Positions 1 to 9,534 are shown, numbered from the stretch's first letter. The stretch: 64,000 nt of DNA from Patescibacteria group bacterium (GCA_041662625.1 JBAZSB010000002.1:12024-76023); one strand, 5' to 3'. Made by a program: numbers and translations. Notes: generated by a model not told the origin, from the sequence alone.

Positions 1-317
1 TCTAAACCTAATCTGATTTCCCAGCTGTCTGGTGCGCCGTCATTGTCCGAATCAAGGCTGGATAATTTAACCGGCTCAGCCTGACGGGGCGAATAGCCAT
101 TATAAATTTCTGTATAATCGTTATAGCCATCACCATCAGTGTCAGGGTTATTCGGGTCAGTTTTAAAAAGGTTAATCTCGTCTTGGTCACTTAAACCGTC
201 ATTATCCGAATCAATAATTTCGGCGGCTAAACTTTGGTCAGAAAAAATAAAAAAAGCCGCCAATACAATAAAAGCGACAAAAATAGCAAAAAGGGTTTTT
301 GGGCAGTAATTTTTCAT
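1..317 (-). CDS. Partial secreted calcium-binding repeat protein (signal peptide plus DxDxDG thrombospondin-type-3-like repeats); 3' end lies beyond the window start
   Basis: Hand translation of the minus strand from the ATG (complement of 315-317) gives MKNYCPKTLFAIFVAFIVLAAFFIFSDQSLAAEIIDSDNDGLSDQDEINLFKTDPNNPDTDGDGYNDY...SLDSDNDGAPDSWEIRLGL with no stop to position 1. It has a hydrophobic signal sequence and repeated DxDxDG motifs. It is absent from the ORF track because it has no in-window stop. Confidence 0.5.
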   Translation of the reverse strand, partial: MKNYCPKTLFAIFVAFIVLAAFFIFSDQSLAAEIIDSDNDGLSDQDEINLFKTDPNNPDTDGDGYNDYTEIYNGYSPRQAEPVKLSSLDSDNDGAPDSWEIRLGL

Positions 318-436
318 TTTTGTTTTTATTTTGGCTAGGACCGCTAAAACAAAAAAGGTAGCACTTTCTCTACCTTCATTATTATCAGTATACCACAAAT
401 AAATTTTTTTGTCAAATCTATATTATTTATCAAATA

Positions 437-1222
437 TTAAATCGCTTCTTCTCTTAATACTTGTTTGACCAAAGGCAATAATTCTTGATATATTTTTTCA
501 TTCCCACCTACAAATATTCTATCCGCAAGATTAAAATTGGACTCTCCATCTATATTAGTAAATTTACCACCAGCTTCTCTGATGATCAACGCGCCGGCGA
601 ATTCCGGAAAACAATCCCTGGTCATGGATATAACCCCATCATATCTTCCGCTAGCTAATTCACAATAGCTTAAAGCCATTGATTTTGAATGGTTGTATTG
701 GCTAACTTTGTACGGAAAAAGTAATTGCATTACCTTGTCTTCTTGTGCCTTATCCTTCCAATGTTTTGATATTCTTAACTCAACTTTTATCACTTCCGAA
801 TTGTCATTTTTTATCCTAATTAATTGTCCATTTACTTTTGCCCCTTGACCCAGATAAGCAGTAAAAAGTTCATCTTTAGCTGGATAATAAACTGCCGCAA
901 ATTGGGCAATGCCATTATGAACATGGGAAACCACAATCGTATAAAGATCAGTACCATTAATAAATGACTCCGTGCCGCTTATCGGGTCCACAACCCATAA
1001 ATCATCCGCTTCTTTAACTAAATCATTTTCCTCTTCGGCAAAAATAGCATGCTGATTACCAAAAGTTTTAAGGATGGCATTAATACCTCTTTCGATTTTT
1101 AAATCTTCCTCAGTCAAAAATCTTTTTGTCACTCCAATATCCTTAATATTACCAGATTTCTTTATTAGATCCTTCCCGGCTCCAACCATAAAATCTAATA
1201 TTTTCTGATAGTTATGGGACAT
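437..1222 (-). CDS. Inositol monophosphatase family protein (SuhB/CysQ-like phosphatase)
   Basis: 261 aa with the WVVDPISGT motif (family signature WxxDPIDGT), DG metal-binding motifs and IMPase-family length. Confidence 0.75.
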   Translation of the reverse strand: MSHNYQKILDFMVGAGKDLIKKSGNIKDIGVTKRFLTEEDLKIERGINAILKTFGNQHAIFAEEENDLVKEADDLWVVDPISGTESFINGTDLYTIVVSHVHNGIAQFAAVYYPAKDELFTAYLGQGAKVNGQLIRIKNDNSEVIKVELRISKHWKDKAQEDKVMQLLFPYKVSQYNHSKSMALSYCELASGRYDGVISMTRDCFPEFAGALIIREAGGKFTNIDGESNFNLADRIFVGGNEKIYQELLPLVKQVLREEAI

Positions 1223-1247
1223 GAAATTGTAATTTTAGTATAAAATT

Positions 1248-2834
1248 CTAATCAAGGCTACATTTAATCTGGCCGCTGGCAGCAATAATTTGATCAATTG
1301 TCACATACTTGGTAGTCGCTTCAATTATATTACCCGTTGCCCCTGGCCCTTTTGGTTCCAAATACATAATCGGTTCAGTCATCAGTTGCTTAGGGATCAA
1401 ACCCATTAAATATAAATCAAGTTTAGAATATTTGCGCAAATTAGTGTTGGCCATTTTGGTCAGGCCGTTAGTAAAAGTCCCGTCATTATTATCAAGCCAG
1501 CCAAAACCGCCAAGCGGTGAAATAAAACCAGCATAGTTACTCCAGTGAGAATAGTCATCATTGCGCAGCAAAGCTTGGCTTTTTTGTCCGGTTTCATCAG
1601 TAAATTCAATGTAGGCTGCCCAGTTGTGTAAAATTTCGTGCATAATAACATTTAAAGCTTCGTCTAAACCATCTTGAGTTTCGGGATGATACTTATTGAT
1701 ATTACCCATCATAATTATCCCTTTGAGTTTGCCAGTTGAGCCATAAACTTCGGAGCGGTCAGCGATCGCTTTGTTTAAACCTTCAACTCGATTGGTCACT
1801 GTAATAAAATGGGCAATCTCATTGGTGTTTTCTGTAGGGATTTTGAAATTAGTGAAGACGAAAATAAAATCAAAAATATCAGGATTATTATCATAAAAAG
1901 TATTGATCACTTCATTTTTGACTTCTATCGTGCCATCATTTCTTTGCTGAATCAAATAGCCGTCATCGATAACAACGGAAGTGGGATAATTAAAACTGAT
2001 TTCCGCCAGTCCATCAGTAACCCAGGTAAAGCGGCCAGAAATAGCGTCTTTAATCGTTTGGAGCGTTTCAATTTCCGGGCCGTTATATTTTTCTGAGGCC
2101 AAAAAAATAACAGCAGCTTTTAATTTTTTGTTTTCACAATCCCGCTTATCAGTAATTGGCTCGGCCACCGGATTAAAAACATTTTTATTCAATTCAGTGA
2201 TTGGCCGGGTCCGGATGGAAAAATCACGGCTGCGGCTGAGGGCAAAAGACAAATCAAAACGGTTGGCCAAAACCGCCCCAACTGATTCAAAGGGCTGAAG
2301 GATCCCGTTATTTCTATAGTAATATTTTTTGGAAACTGAATCTTGATACAAAATACTGTCTGGTGTTTGATAATCGTGAATTAAAGGTTCGCCGATTTGA
2401 TAATTTTCAAAAAAAACATCGGGGATATCCACGACCCGCTTGGGCCAAGCCTGACCATAAATTGCTTCGGCAATATATTCATCTTGAATTTCGCGTAAAA
2501 CCCCGCCCTGCTCCACGGCATAAACTTGCGGCGCAGTCCGGACTTTGACTAAATAAGTCCCGGGTCGAATTGTAATATTTTTTCCCAAAGGATAATTATA
2601 CAAAAAATCATTACTGACGGTGACAATTCTGGAAAAATCTGATCCATACCAACTTTTGTAAGTAGTCTCGTTAGGAAAAGGATGACGCAGGCCTTGGCTA
2701 TCCAAATAATACACCGTACCAAAATCTTTTGATTTGACCAGTTCCAAAGCCGCGGCTGCGGGTGGTACAAACAAAAAATTGCCTAAAATTGTTAGGCTGA
2801 AAAAGATAAGAATTGCTCCGGCTTTAATTTTCAT
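1248..2834 (-). CDS. Secreted protein with an HExxH zinc-metallopeptidase-like motif
   Basis: 528 aa with an N-terminal signal peptide (MKIKAGAILIFFSLTILGNFLFVPPAAAA) and the motif VIMHEILHNW...IEFTDETG (HExxH with a downstream Glu, gluzincin-like). No family assigned. Confidence 0.45.
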   Translation of the reverse strand: MKIKAGAILIFFSLTILGNFLFVPPAAAALELVKSKDFGTVYYLDSQGLRHPFPNETTYKSWYGSDFSRIVTVSNDFLYNYPLGKNITIRPGTYLVKVRTAPQVYAVEQGGVLREIQDEYIAEAIYGQAWPKRVVDIPDVFFENYQIGEPLIHDYQTPDSILYQDSVSKKYYYRNNGILQPFESVGAVLANRFDLSFALSRSRDFSIRTRPITELNKNVFNPVAEPITDKRDCENKKLKAAVIFLASEKYNGPEIETLQTIKDAISGRFTWVTDGLAEISFNYPTSVVIDDGYLIQQRNDGTIEVKNEVINTFYDNNPDIFDFIFVFTNFKIPTENTNEIAHFITVTNRVEGLNKAIADRSEVYGSTGKLKGIIMMGNINKYHPETQDGLDEALNVIMHEILHNWAAYIEFTDETGQKSQALLRNDDYSHWSNYAGFISPLGGFGWLDNNDGTFTNGLTKMANTNLRKYSKLDLYLMGLIPKQLMTEPIMYLEPKGPGATGNIIEATTKYVTIDQIIAASGQIKCSLD

Positions 2835-2938
2835 TAATCTATTATATCAAATAAACCCAAAAAGAAAAACCCAGGGCAACAGGGTGCACTGGGCTGCCAA
2901 GAGACTTGGCAAAACTTGGTTAGGACGTGGGGCGAAAG

Positions 2939-3541
2939 TCAGACTTCAGCCCGCGTCGGATCCTTCCCTTGTGATCGCAACGGCGGCAACGTCGGTCCTC
3001 CTGAACCAGCCCTGGCCTTCACGGTTGGGTCACCAGCATGTGCCGGCGGCGGAGTGTCCAAAGCAGACGCAACCATTGGCGGCGGCGGGCTTCCGGCCTT
3101 CACCGGGGCACTGGCCATCGCGACCGTAGGCGCAGCCGCGGCTGACTGGAACGCTGAGCCAACCTGGAGCAGAGCCACTTCCTTCAGCGCGCTAAACCAC
3201 CGGAGTACCTGGCCTTTGGGAGAAACCAGATTCTCGTTCAGGTGTCGGATCAGCGTCTCAAAATCCACCGATAACGGCAGATTGGTCGGCAAAAATCCGA
3301 ATCCGTCTTTGGCCCACCCGGGCGGCTGCAACACTTCTGGTCGCCAGCTCTTCTTCGCCTTGGCGGTAGGGACCACTTGGCTCAGCTCGAAGATGGCGAG
3401 AACAAAGCCGCCACCTCTGACCACCAAGACTCCGTCTCCTGCCTGCTTCACTGCGGTAGGGGCCAAGGCTCCTACCTGGCCGTGGTATGTCGACTGCGAC
3501 AACAGTTCGACTGCTCCGTCTATTCGAATCGCATCCATCAT
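2939..3541 (-). CDS. Hypothetical protein with a Pro/Ala-rich C-terminal tail (GC-rich insert)
   Basis: 200-aa ORF with the strong RBS AGGAGGG 7 nt upstream of ATGATG. A globular ~130-aa N-terminus is followed by a low-complexity A/P-rich tail. The opposite-strand ORF 2916..3584 looks like a shadow ORF. Confidence 0.45.
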   Translation of the reverse strand: MMDAIRIDGAVELLSQSTYHGQVGALAPTAVKQAGDGVLVVRGGGFVLAIFELSQVVPTAKAKKSWRPEVLQPPGWAKDGFGFLPTNLPLSVDFETLIRHLNENLVSPKGQVLRWFSALKEVALLQVGSAFQSAAAAPTVAMASAPVKAGSPPPPMVASALDTPPPAHAGDPTVKARAGSGGPTLPPLRSQGKDPTRAEV

Positions 3542-3715
3542 GGTAAACGCCCTCCTATCCTTTCCTTGTTGTCTCCTTCACTAGGAACAACTCAATATTG
3601 GCAAATTTTTGCTTTTTTGTCAATCCCTAATTATATTGACGGCATGCCTAAAATATGTAAAAATTGAATTTATCCCTTGACGCAGCAGCTGGGAACAACC
3701 CATGGAGGGAGAAGT

Positions 3716-4144
3716 ATGCACCAACTCGCAGTAAAACAGCAACCGGATGCATTTGTGGTTGCCATCAACGAGGGAGCACTGAGTCATGGCGCTGAAGCCA
3801 GTGGCACCCTAAAGTGCGTCCAAGTCATGCAAGGCCGACGTCATGTCGACCGCGAAGCAGTGGCCGGCGCGATGTTTCTCTGTGAGGCGGATTTTCGCCC
3901 GCGCGAAACCTTCACGCCCGGAGATGGCACGCCGGTACCGGCAGAAAGTGAGGTCGTCTTTGTCGGCCTGGACAAAGTGCCCAAAAGGCGACTCCCGGAG
4001 AATCCGGGCTTCTATGATGTACATGGCGTCACTTTGTCGACCAATGGCCGAGTTGCCATTACCTTCGGCTCTGAGTCGATATTTGTCCCTGTACCCGCAC
4101 CGCGGAAAGTTTCCCAACATCCAAGCTCCGCAGTCCGAGTCTAG
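3716..4144 (+). CDS. Hypothetical protein (GC-rich insert), divergent from 2939..3541
   Basis: RBS GGAGGGAG lies upstream of the internal ATG at 3716 (MHQLAVKQQ...). A candidate TTGACG-N16-TAAAAA promoter lies upstream and a stem-loop plus T-run terminator follows. Confidence 0.45.
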   Translation: MHQLAVKQQPDAFVVAINEGALSHGAEASGTLKCVQVMQGRRHVDREAVAGAMFLCEADFRPRETFTPGDGTPVPAESEVVFVGLDKVPKRRLPENPGFYDVHGVTLSTNGRVAITFGSESIFVPVPAPRKVSQHPSSAVRV

Positions 4145-4203
4145 GGCGACATTGCCAAAGAAACAATAACTGTGTTGCTGCGTCGAACCGGATAACAGGC
4201 GCT

Positions 4204-4237
4204 CCGCTGCCAAGAGCGCCTGTCTTTTTAAAATTTT
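4204..4237 (+). terminator. Rho-independent terminator
   Basis: Stem CAGGCGCTC...GAGCGCCTG followed by TCTTTTT. Confidence 0.6.
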
Positions 4238-4313
4238 AAATTGCTGTTAATTTTGGTTACAAAAATAGCCCCCGCCTGGACGAAAGCTAATTAAGATAAA
4301 ATTAATTAAAAAT

Positions 4314-5135
4314 TTAAACCATTTTACCCGCGCAATATTCCTTGAATAACCGCATCAGGGCTTTGGTTTTTTGGCCAACACCACTTGCTACCACCAGTTC
4401 ATCAATTTGTCTGACGGGCATCACATTCAAAGTTGTGGCGGTTAAAAAATATTCATCATAGTCTTTAATTTTAGCCAAAGCAATATCGGCAATTTTTACT
4501 TTCATAATTTTTGGCGCAATTTCTAAAATGATTTTTTGGGTCACTCCTTCTAAAACTTTTTCGTCTGGCGAAGAAATTAAAGTATTACCTTTGATAACAA
4601 AAAAACTGCTTCGCGTGCCGCCGCAGATATTGCCAGATGGGTCAATCAATAAAGCGTCGAGGGCACCATTTTCAACGGCCTGGCCATAAGCCAAATACTG
4701 CATTAATAAATTTTTGGTTTTAGCCATGGGCAAAAACCGCTCCCCAGCATAAGTAATAACTTTAACGCCTTTTTGGTAAAAATTATTCGGGTAAAAAGTC
4801 AGGCCCACTGGAAATAAAAATAAAATCGGCTCGGTTTTGGTTTCCGGACCAATCAGTAAAACCCGAATCAAGGCATTTTCTAATTTATTTTTTTTAATTA
4901 ATTCTTCAGCCCAGTTCACTACAGTTTTAGTTTTAAATGGGTGTTTCAGACCAATAAGCCGGGCTGAGGCAAAAAGCTTTTCGATTTCCAATTCCGGCCA
5001 AAACATCTTCTTGGCCACAACTTTGATATTGGAATAAACGGCAAAGTCAAAAAACAGTGCTTTATTATAAACACTGACAGAAGCTTCCGATGAAGGGATT
5101 AATCGCCCATTTTTTATGACGTATTCAGCTGGCAT
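4314..5135 (-). CDS. Class IV (fold-type IV) PLP aminotransferase (branched-chain / D-amino-acid aminotransferase family)
   Basis: 273 aa with the family fold and length; similarity to BCAT/DAAT/ADC-lyase-type proteins judged by eye (ERFLPMAKTKN region). Confidence 0.65.
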   Translation of the reverse strand: MPAEYVIKNGRLIPSSEASVSVYNKALFFDFAVYSNIKVVAKKMFWPELEIEKLFASARLIGLKHPFKTKTVVNWAEELIKKNKLENALIRVLLIGPETKTEPILFLFPVGLTFYPNNFYQKGVKVITYAGERFLPMAKTKNLLMQYLAYGQAVENGALDALLIDPSGNICGGTRSSFFVIKGNTLISSPDEKVLEGVTQKIILEIAPKIMKVKIADIALAKIKDYDEYFLTATTLNVMPVRQIDELVVASGVGQKTKALMRLFKEYCAGKMV

Positions 5136-5141
5136 AATAAA

Positions 5142-7421
5142 CTATTTTGTAACCAACTTTTTGGCCGGCACACTTTGGCCAAATTTCTTTTCTGGCTGAG
5201 CCGAAGACAATTCATTAAGCCCAGCTTTAGTTGACAGCGAAAAACAGAACTTGGAACCTTTGTCGGCGCCTTCGCTTTCCACCCAAATCCTGCCCCGATG
5301 AGCATCAATAATCATTTTCGCTACGTAAAGCCCCAACCCCACGCCTTCGGTATGAACTCGGAAGCTGCCTTTACCCCGGGAAAATTTGCGGAACAATAAA
5401 GGCACCATGTTTTTTTCCACGCCGCGGCCGGTATCTTTAACGCAAAAAGTAATCAAATCTTTTTGGGGTTCATGCAAAAATGAAACGATAATTTCACCTT
5501 TTTCCGTATATTTAATGGCATTATCAACAAAATTCATCATCACTTCATGAATCTTATTGGGATCAGCGGTGATTTCGGGAGTGGGAACTTTTGGTTTATT
5601 AAATAATAATGTTAGATTTTTGGCTGTAGCGGTATTCTTCAAATTATCAACTACAGTCTGGGCAATATCTTCCAGGCGAACTTTTTTCCAGTCAAATTCC
5701 TGCCGGCCTGATTCAATCCGCGAAATATCAAGCAGATTTTCCACCAGTCCAATCAGCCGTTCGTTGGAAGCATAAACTTTTTCTAAATTCGCCATGATGG
5801 TCGGCGAAACCGGACCAAAAGATCCTTCACGCATCATCGAGATATAACCTTTAATCACAGTCAAAGGCGTGCGCAGCTGATGCGAAGCAATGGAAATAAA
5901 TTCAGACTTGGCCTGATCCAGCTGGCGCAGCTCCTGATTAGCTCTGCGCAACTGGGCAGTTTTACGCCGGACTTCTTCCTCCAATTTAACATTGAAATCT
6001 TTCAACTCATCATAAAGCCGGGCGTTTTCAATAGCAATACCCGCTTGACCAGAAATAAGTTTTAAGACATTTAAATCCTGACGGTTATAGGGATCACCGG
6101 ATTTTTTCGTACCAAAGGCAATTATCCCGATTAGCTGCTCTTTGACATACAGAGGAATAATCAAGGCAATATCGTTTTGATAAAGCGACAAAAGCAATTT
6201 GGCATCAACCGGCTGGAATTCGCCATTCTCATACCGCGTTTTCATTTCATCAATAACTAAAATACCTTTAATATTCTTTAATTCCTGGTTTAAAATTTTA
6301 ACGACATTGGGATAATTAGCCAATTTTTCGGCTTCCAGCGGCACGAAACCTTCCTGATAAAAAATTTCCAACTTGTTTTTTTTATTCAAAAGCACAACCC
6401 CGATTTTTTCACAGTGTAAGGACTCAACCAAAGTTTTGGCAATAGAAGCCAAAAGATTATGTAAATCCAAAATTGAAGAAGTAACTTCGGCAATCTGGGC
6501 CAACAAAATATCAGGGTTATATGACTTTTTATAAAGAAAGCGGTCAGTGATTCCTTCAATAGACCGGCGCAATGGCTGATAAGTAACAGAAACTAAAATT
6601 CCAACAATCAAACCAGAGATTAGATTTGATTTAAAGCCAAGAATGTCCTGAAAAAAAGTGGCGATTACGCCAGAAATAATGGCAAAGGTGATAGTAATAA
6701 CCAGAACAAAAAAACCAAAAGCTAGAGAACGGAAAACAACCAAACGAATATCCATTAAACGATAACGGGTAATGGCATAAGCCACAAAAACTACCATTAT
6801 AATTGTTCCAGTTGGACCTACCCAATTATATTTCGTGGTAAAAAAGAACAGAATTAAATTAGTGATTACGGCAATAATTGTCGAGGCTATTGTCCCCAAA
6901 AACAAATACCATAATTGTAAACGTGAAGTGCCCGAAGATTTTAAAAATTTTGTAACTAAATTAGCAAACGCCCAAGCCATGAATATAAAGGTAACAACTG
7001 AATGAATGTAATATCCCCATCCCACTCTAGCATCTATCTCACCATTACTATGTACAACCGCATCAGCAATAATAGAATGGGGAATTAAAGAAATAGTCCA
7101 TATTATAATTGGAGGTAAAAATAAAATTAGTTTAATTAGTTTGCTCTTGGGAAATTCACCTTTAGGGAAAACAAAAGAAAAATATAAAAAGAAGACAATT
7201 GTAAAATTGACTGCAAAATATACAAATTGTCCCCAAAAATAAACTGTTGCAAGTGTGGCCATCCTAAAAAAAGCTATACCAAAGCACCAAGCCGCAATAC
7301 CAAGAATGGTAATAGCAAAAAGAATATTAGACTTGCTTTTCTTATTTCTTATATAAACAAAAAAAGACAAAAATAAATTTATTACTCCTACAACTAATAA
7401 AATTATATTGCTATAATGCAT
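5142..7421 (-). CDS. Sensor histidine kinase: N-terminal 7TM sensor domain - GAF - HisKA - HATPase_c
   Basis: 759 aa with ~7 N-terminal TM helices, a central GAF-like region, the H-box SIASHQLRTPLTVIKGY, N/G1/G2 boxes (DNAIKYT, DTGRGV, GVGLGL) and a coiled-coil linker. Confidence 0.85.
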   Translation of the reverse strand: MHYSNIILLVVGVINLFLSFFVYIRNKKSKSNILFAITILGIAAWCFGIAFFRMATLATVYFWGQFVYFAVNFTIVFFLYFSFVFPKGEFPKSKLIKLILFLPPIIIWTISLIPHSIIADAVVHSNGEIDARVGWGYYIHSVVTFIFMAWAFANLVTKFLKSSGTSRLQLWYLFLGTIASTIIAVITNLILFFFTTKYNWVGPTGTIIMVVFVAYAITRYRLMDIRLVVFRSLAFGFFVLVITITFAIISGVIATFFQDILGFKSNLISGLIVGILVSVTYQPLRRSIEGITDRFLYKKSYNPDILLAQIAEVTSSILDLHNLLASIAKTLVESLHCEKIGVVLLNKKNKLEIFYQEGFVPLEAEKLANYPNVVKILNQELKNIKGILVIDEMKTRYENGEFQPVDAKLLLSLYQNDIALIIPLYVKEQLIGIIAFGTKKSGDPYNRQDLNVLKLISGQAGIAIENARLYDELKDFNVKLEEEVRRKTAQLRRANQELRQLDQAKSEFISIASHQLRTPLTVIKGYISMMREGSFGPVSPTIMANLEKVYASNERLIGLVENLLDISRIESGRQEFDWKKVRLEDIAQTVVDNLKNTATAKNLTLLFNKPKVPTPEITADPNKIHEVMMNFVDNAIKYTEKGEIIVSFLHEPQKDLITFCVKDTGRGVEKNMVPLLFRKFSRGKGSFRVHTEGVGLGLYVAKMIIDAHRGRIWVESEGADKGSKFCFSLSTKAGLNELSSAQPEKKFGQSVPAKKLVTK

Positions 7422-8148
7422 TCAATTTCTGAAAAACTTTAAAAATAAATTGATTTCTAAATATTAATCTCCCAGAATTTCCTCTCTTGAAAAACAATTG
7501 ATTATTAAAAATTTTATTACAATATGGCACTACCTCTTCAGATAAATAATAAATCGGCCAAACTGGATCTTTATTATCCTTAAAATAATTGCTCAGCACA
7601 CTCTTACAATAAACTTGTTTGAAATCTTTAATAAAATGAAAAGGAAATTTTAATTTTTCAAGCTTCAGCCTTAAAGAATCTTTGATAAACGAGTAACCAC
7701 CATATATATTATTTTCTAAAGCATAATTCATTACAGTATATGTCAATCCTAATAAAACTAAATGTCGAGGTAAAAACGATTTTTCATCATAGCGCTCCAC
7801 GATTAATCGACCGAGTTCAGCCCTTTTATTTCTAGGAATTTTGGAAATTTCTAATGGCTCTTGGAATTGAAAACAATCTTTCTCTGTCGGCAAATATTCA
7901 TCTCGGATTAATCTCACGGTACCAATAATCCTATCATCAATTTTAGCTATAAAATAAACACTCCGGCCATCATCATAGTCATCAACTTCTTTCTCTTCTT
8001 GATTTCTAATAATATAGCTACGTTCTAAATAAATCCTATATCTAAATTTATACATCTCAACCAGCTCCTCATTATGATCTGGCATGCCAAAATAAATTGT
8101 CTTTTCATTCTTATTTATTCTTAAGCTGATCTCGTTTAATACTTTCAT
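7411..8148 (-). CDS. GNAT-fold N-acyl amino acid synthase / autoinducer-synthase-like acyltransferase (Acetyltransf_5-like)
   Basis: 245 aa with YKFRYRIYLERSYI...DDYDD...YFIAKIDDRIIGTVRLI...ELGRLIV, which matches the NAS/LuxI-like GNAT core pattern. Overlaps the upstream methyltransferase by 38 nt; alternative start at 8085. Confidence 0.5.
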   Translation of the reverse strand: MKVLNEISLRINKNEKTIYFGMPDHNEELVEMYKFRYRIYLERSYIIRNQEEKEVDDYDDGRSVYFIAKIDDRIIGTVRLIRDEYLPTEKDCFQFQEPLEISKIPRNKRAELGRLIVERYDEKSFLPRHLVLLGLTYTVMNYALENNIYGGYSFIKDSLRLKLEKLKFPFHFIKDFKQVYCKSVLSNYFKDNKDPVWPIYYLSEEVVPYCNKIFNNQLFFKRGNSGRLIFRNQFIFKVFQKLNAL

Positions 8149-8854
8149 AATCTCTTGGCTTTATCGCTGAATTTAATATTGCCTGACCGGCATAGACTAA
8201 TTTATTCTCTGAAACTTCGACGAAACCATTACGAATGAGCAATTCTTTTTGTTCATTATCCTTCATTAAATGACCCGCTCCTTCATTTTTTTTGATCTTA
8301 GAATTGTAGTAAAACATCTTAACGGTAGGAACGATCATTTTAAAAACTTTTAAAATTAAACACCAAAAACCTATCTTTTTAATATCTTTTTTAAAATGAT
8401 CTTTATAAATATTCACTGGGTTCCAACCTTCTCGGACATTTGAGATAACAATTTTTCCACCTGGTTTTAAAATTCTGTAAAACTCCTTAAAGACTTTATC
8501 TCTATCTCCAGGGGCTAAAGTATAAATAACATTGTTTGAAACTATCTTATCAAAATAATCATCTGAAAATGACAAAGGCTTAGCTAAGTCATGAAATATA
8601 ATTCCAATTTCTTGATCTTTTACTCTAAGTTGCCTTAAACCTTCTTCGCTATTATCTAAGGCGACCACATTCGCCCCTCTTTGTTTTAATCTTACTGCTA
8701 AATTGCCTGTTCCAGCCCCAGCATCTAAGACTAAATCTCCTTTATTAACTACAGATTCTTTGATCAGTTCTTCCATTAATTCTTGGTAAGGAATAACAAT
8801 GTTCAAGATATCGTAGGTTTTAAAATACTGCTGCCAGAATTCTGCATCCAACAT
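8111..8854 (-). CDS. Class I SAM-dependent methyltransferase
   Basis: 247 aa with motif I VLDAGAGTGNLAVRL and motif post-I/II (VVALDNSE, IVSNNVIY). Confidence 0.8.
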   Translation of the reverse strand: MLDAEFWQQYFKTYDILNIVIPYQELMEELIKESVVNKGDLVLDAGAGTGNLAVRLKQRGANVVALDNSEEGLRQLRVKDQEIGIIFHDLAKPLSFSDDYFDKIVSNNVIYTLAPGDRDKVFKEFYRILKPGGKIVISNVREGWNPVNIYKDHFKKDIKKIGFWCLILKVFKMIVPTVKMFYYNSKIKKNEGAGHLMKDNEQKELLIRNGFVEVSENKLVYAGQAILNSAIKPRDYESIKRDQLKNK

Positions 8855-8859
8855 ATAAC

Positions 8860-9534
8860 TTAATCCTTCTTATAAATAAACCTGACCAAAAGAATTATCA
8901 TTGGTAAAGAAAAATATGGTCCTAACCAATATGGTCCGAGTTGCAAAAAAAATAAAGGGGCCAAAGCGGCAAAAAATGAGGCAAAAATTCCAATTATTGC
9001 CGCAGCAGTCATCATATAAGTCAATTGCGTTCTGATAAATCCCTGACTTATTTTGTATTTCTGGAATAAAGTATAAAAAGCCAGAATAACATAAAAATAG
9101 AAATGAATATTAAAGTATGTAATGCCCAGCCGACCCAATAAGTAAGTATTATTTGAGGGCCTTAAGATAATTTCTTTAACCCAGATGCCCGGTATTATTG
9201 TTACTAGAATCATAACAACAATACTTATTCCGATTAACAAAACCTGCCAAGATTTTAAAATTTTACTTTGATAAGGAAAATAAATGGAAAGAAAAAAGAA
9301 AGGAATTACTAACATTGCTCCTGACCCATTTTGTACCCAGGTCCAAATCCAGGCTGTCTGCACGGTTTGCGCTTCCCGAAAAAGCGCCATGCCCAGCGTC
9401 CAAGTACCTACCAAAAAAACCGTTATGGCAAAAGTGATATTAATTTTATTTTTTGGATTCCTTAGCCAGACCAAAAGTGCTAAACCGATATTGAGTCCGG
9501 CGACAATAATTAATCCAATATTTGTCCAGTACAT
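8860..9534 (-). CDS. Stand-alone 7TM membrane protein paralogous to the N-terminal sensor domain of the adjacent histidine kinase
   Basis: 224 aa with 6-7 TM helices. Its N-terminus MYWTNIGLIIVAGLNIGLALLVWLRNPKNKINITFAITVFLVGTWTLGMALFREA aligns with the kinase N-terminus MHYSNIILLVVGVINLFLSFFVYIRNKKSKSNILFAITILGIAAWCFGIAFFRMA. Confidence 0.6.
   Translation of the reverse strand: MYWTNIGLIIVAGLNIGLALLVWLRNPKNKINITFAITVFLVGTWTLGMALFREAQTVQTAWIWTWVQNGSGAMLVIPFFFLSIYFPYQSKILKSWQVLLIGISIVVMILVTIIPGIWVKEIILRPSNNTYLLGRLGITYFNIHFYFYVILAFYTLFQKYKISQGFIRTQLTYMMTAAAIIGIFASFFAALAPLFFLQLGPYWLGPYFSLPMIILLVRFIYKKD

Noticed and set aside
2916-3584. 222-aa + strand ORF overlapping 2939..3541
   Set aside because: Gly/Ala-rich low-complexity translation typical of a shadow ORF on the antisense strand of a GC-rich gene. 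The minus-strand ORF has a strong AGGAGGG RBS and a more protein-like N-terminal domain.
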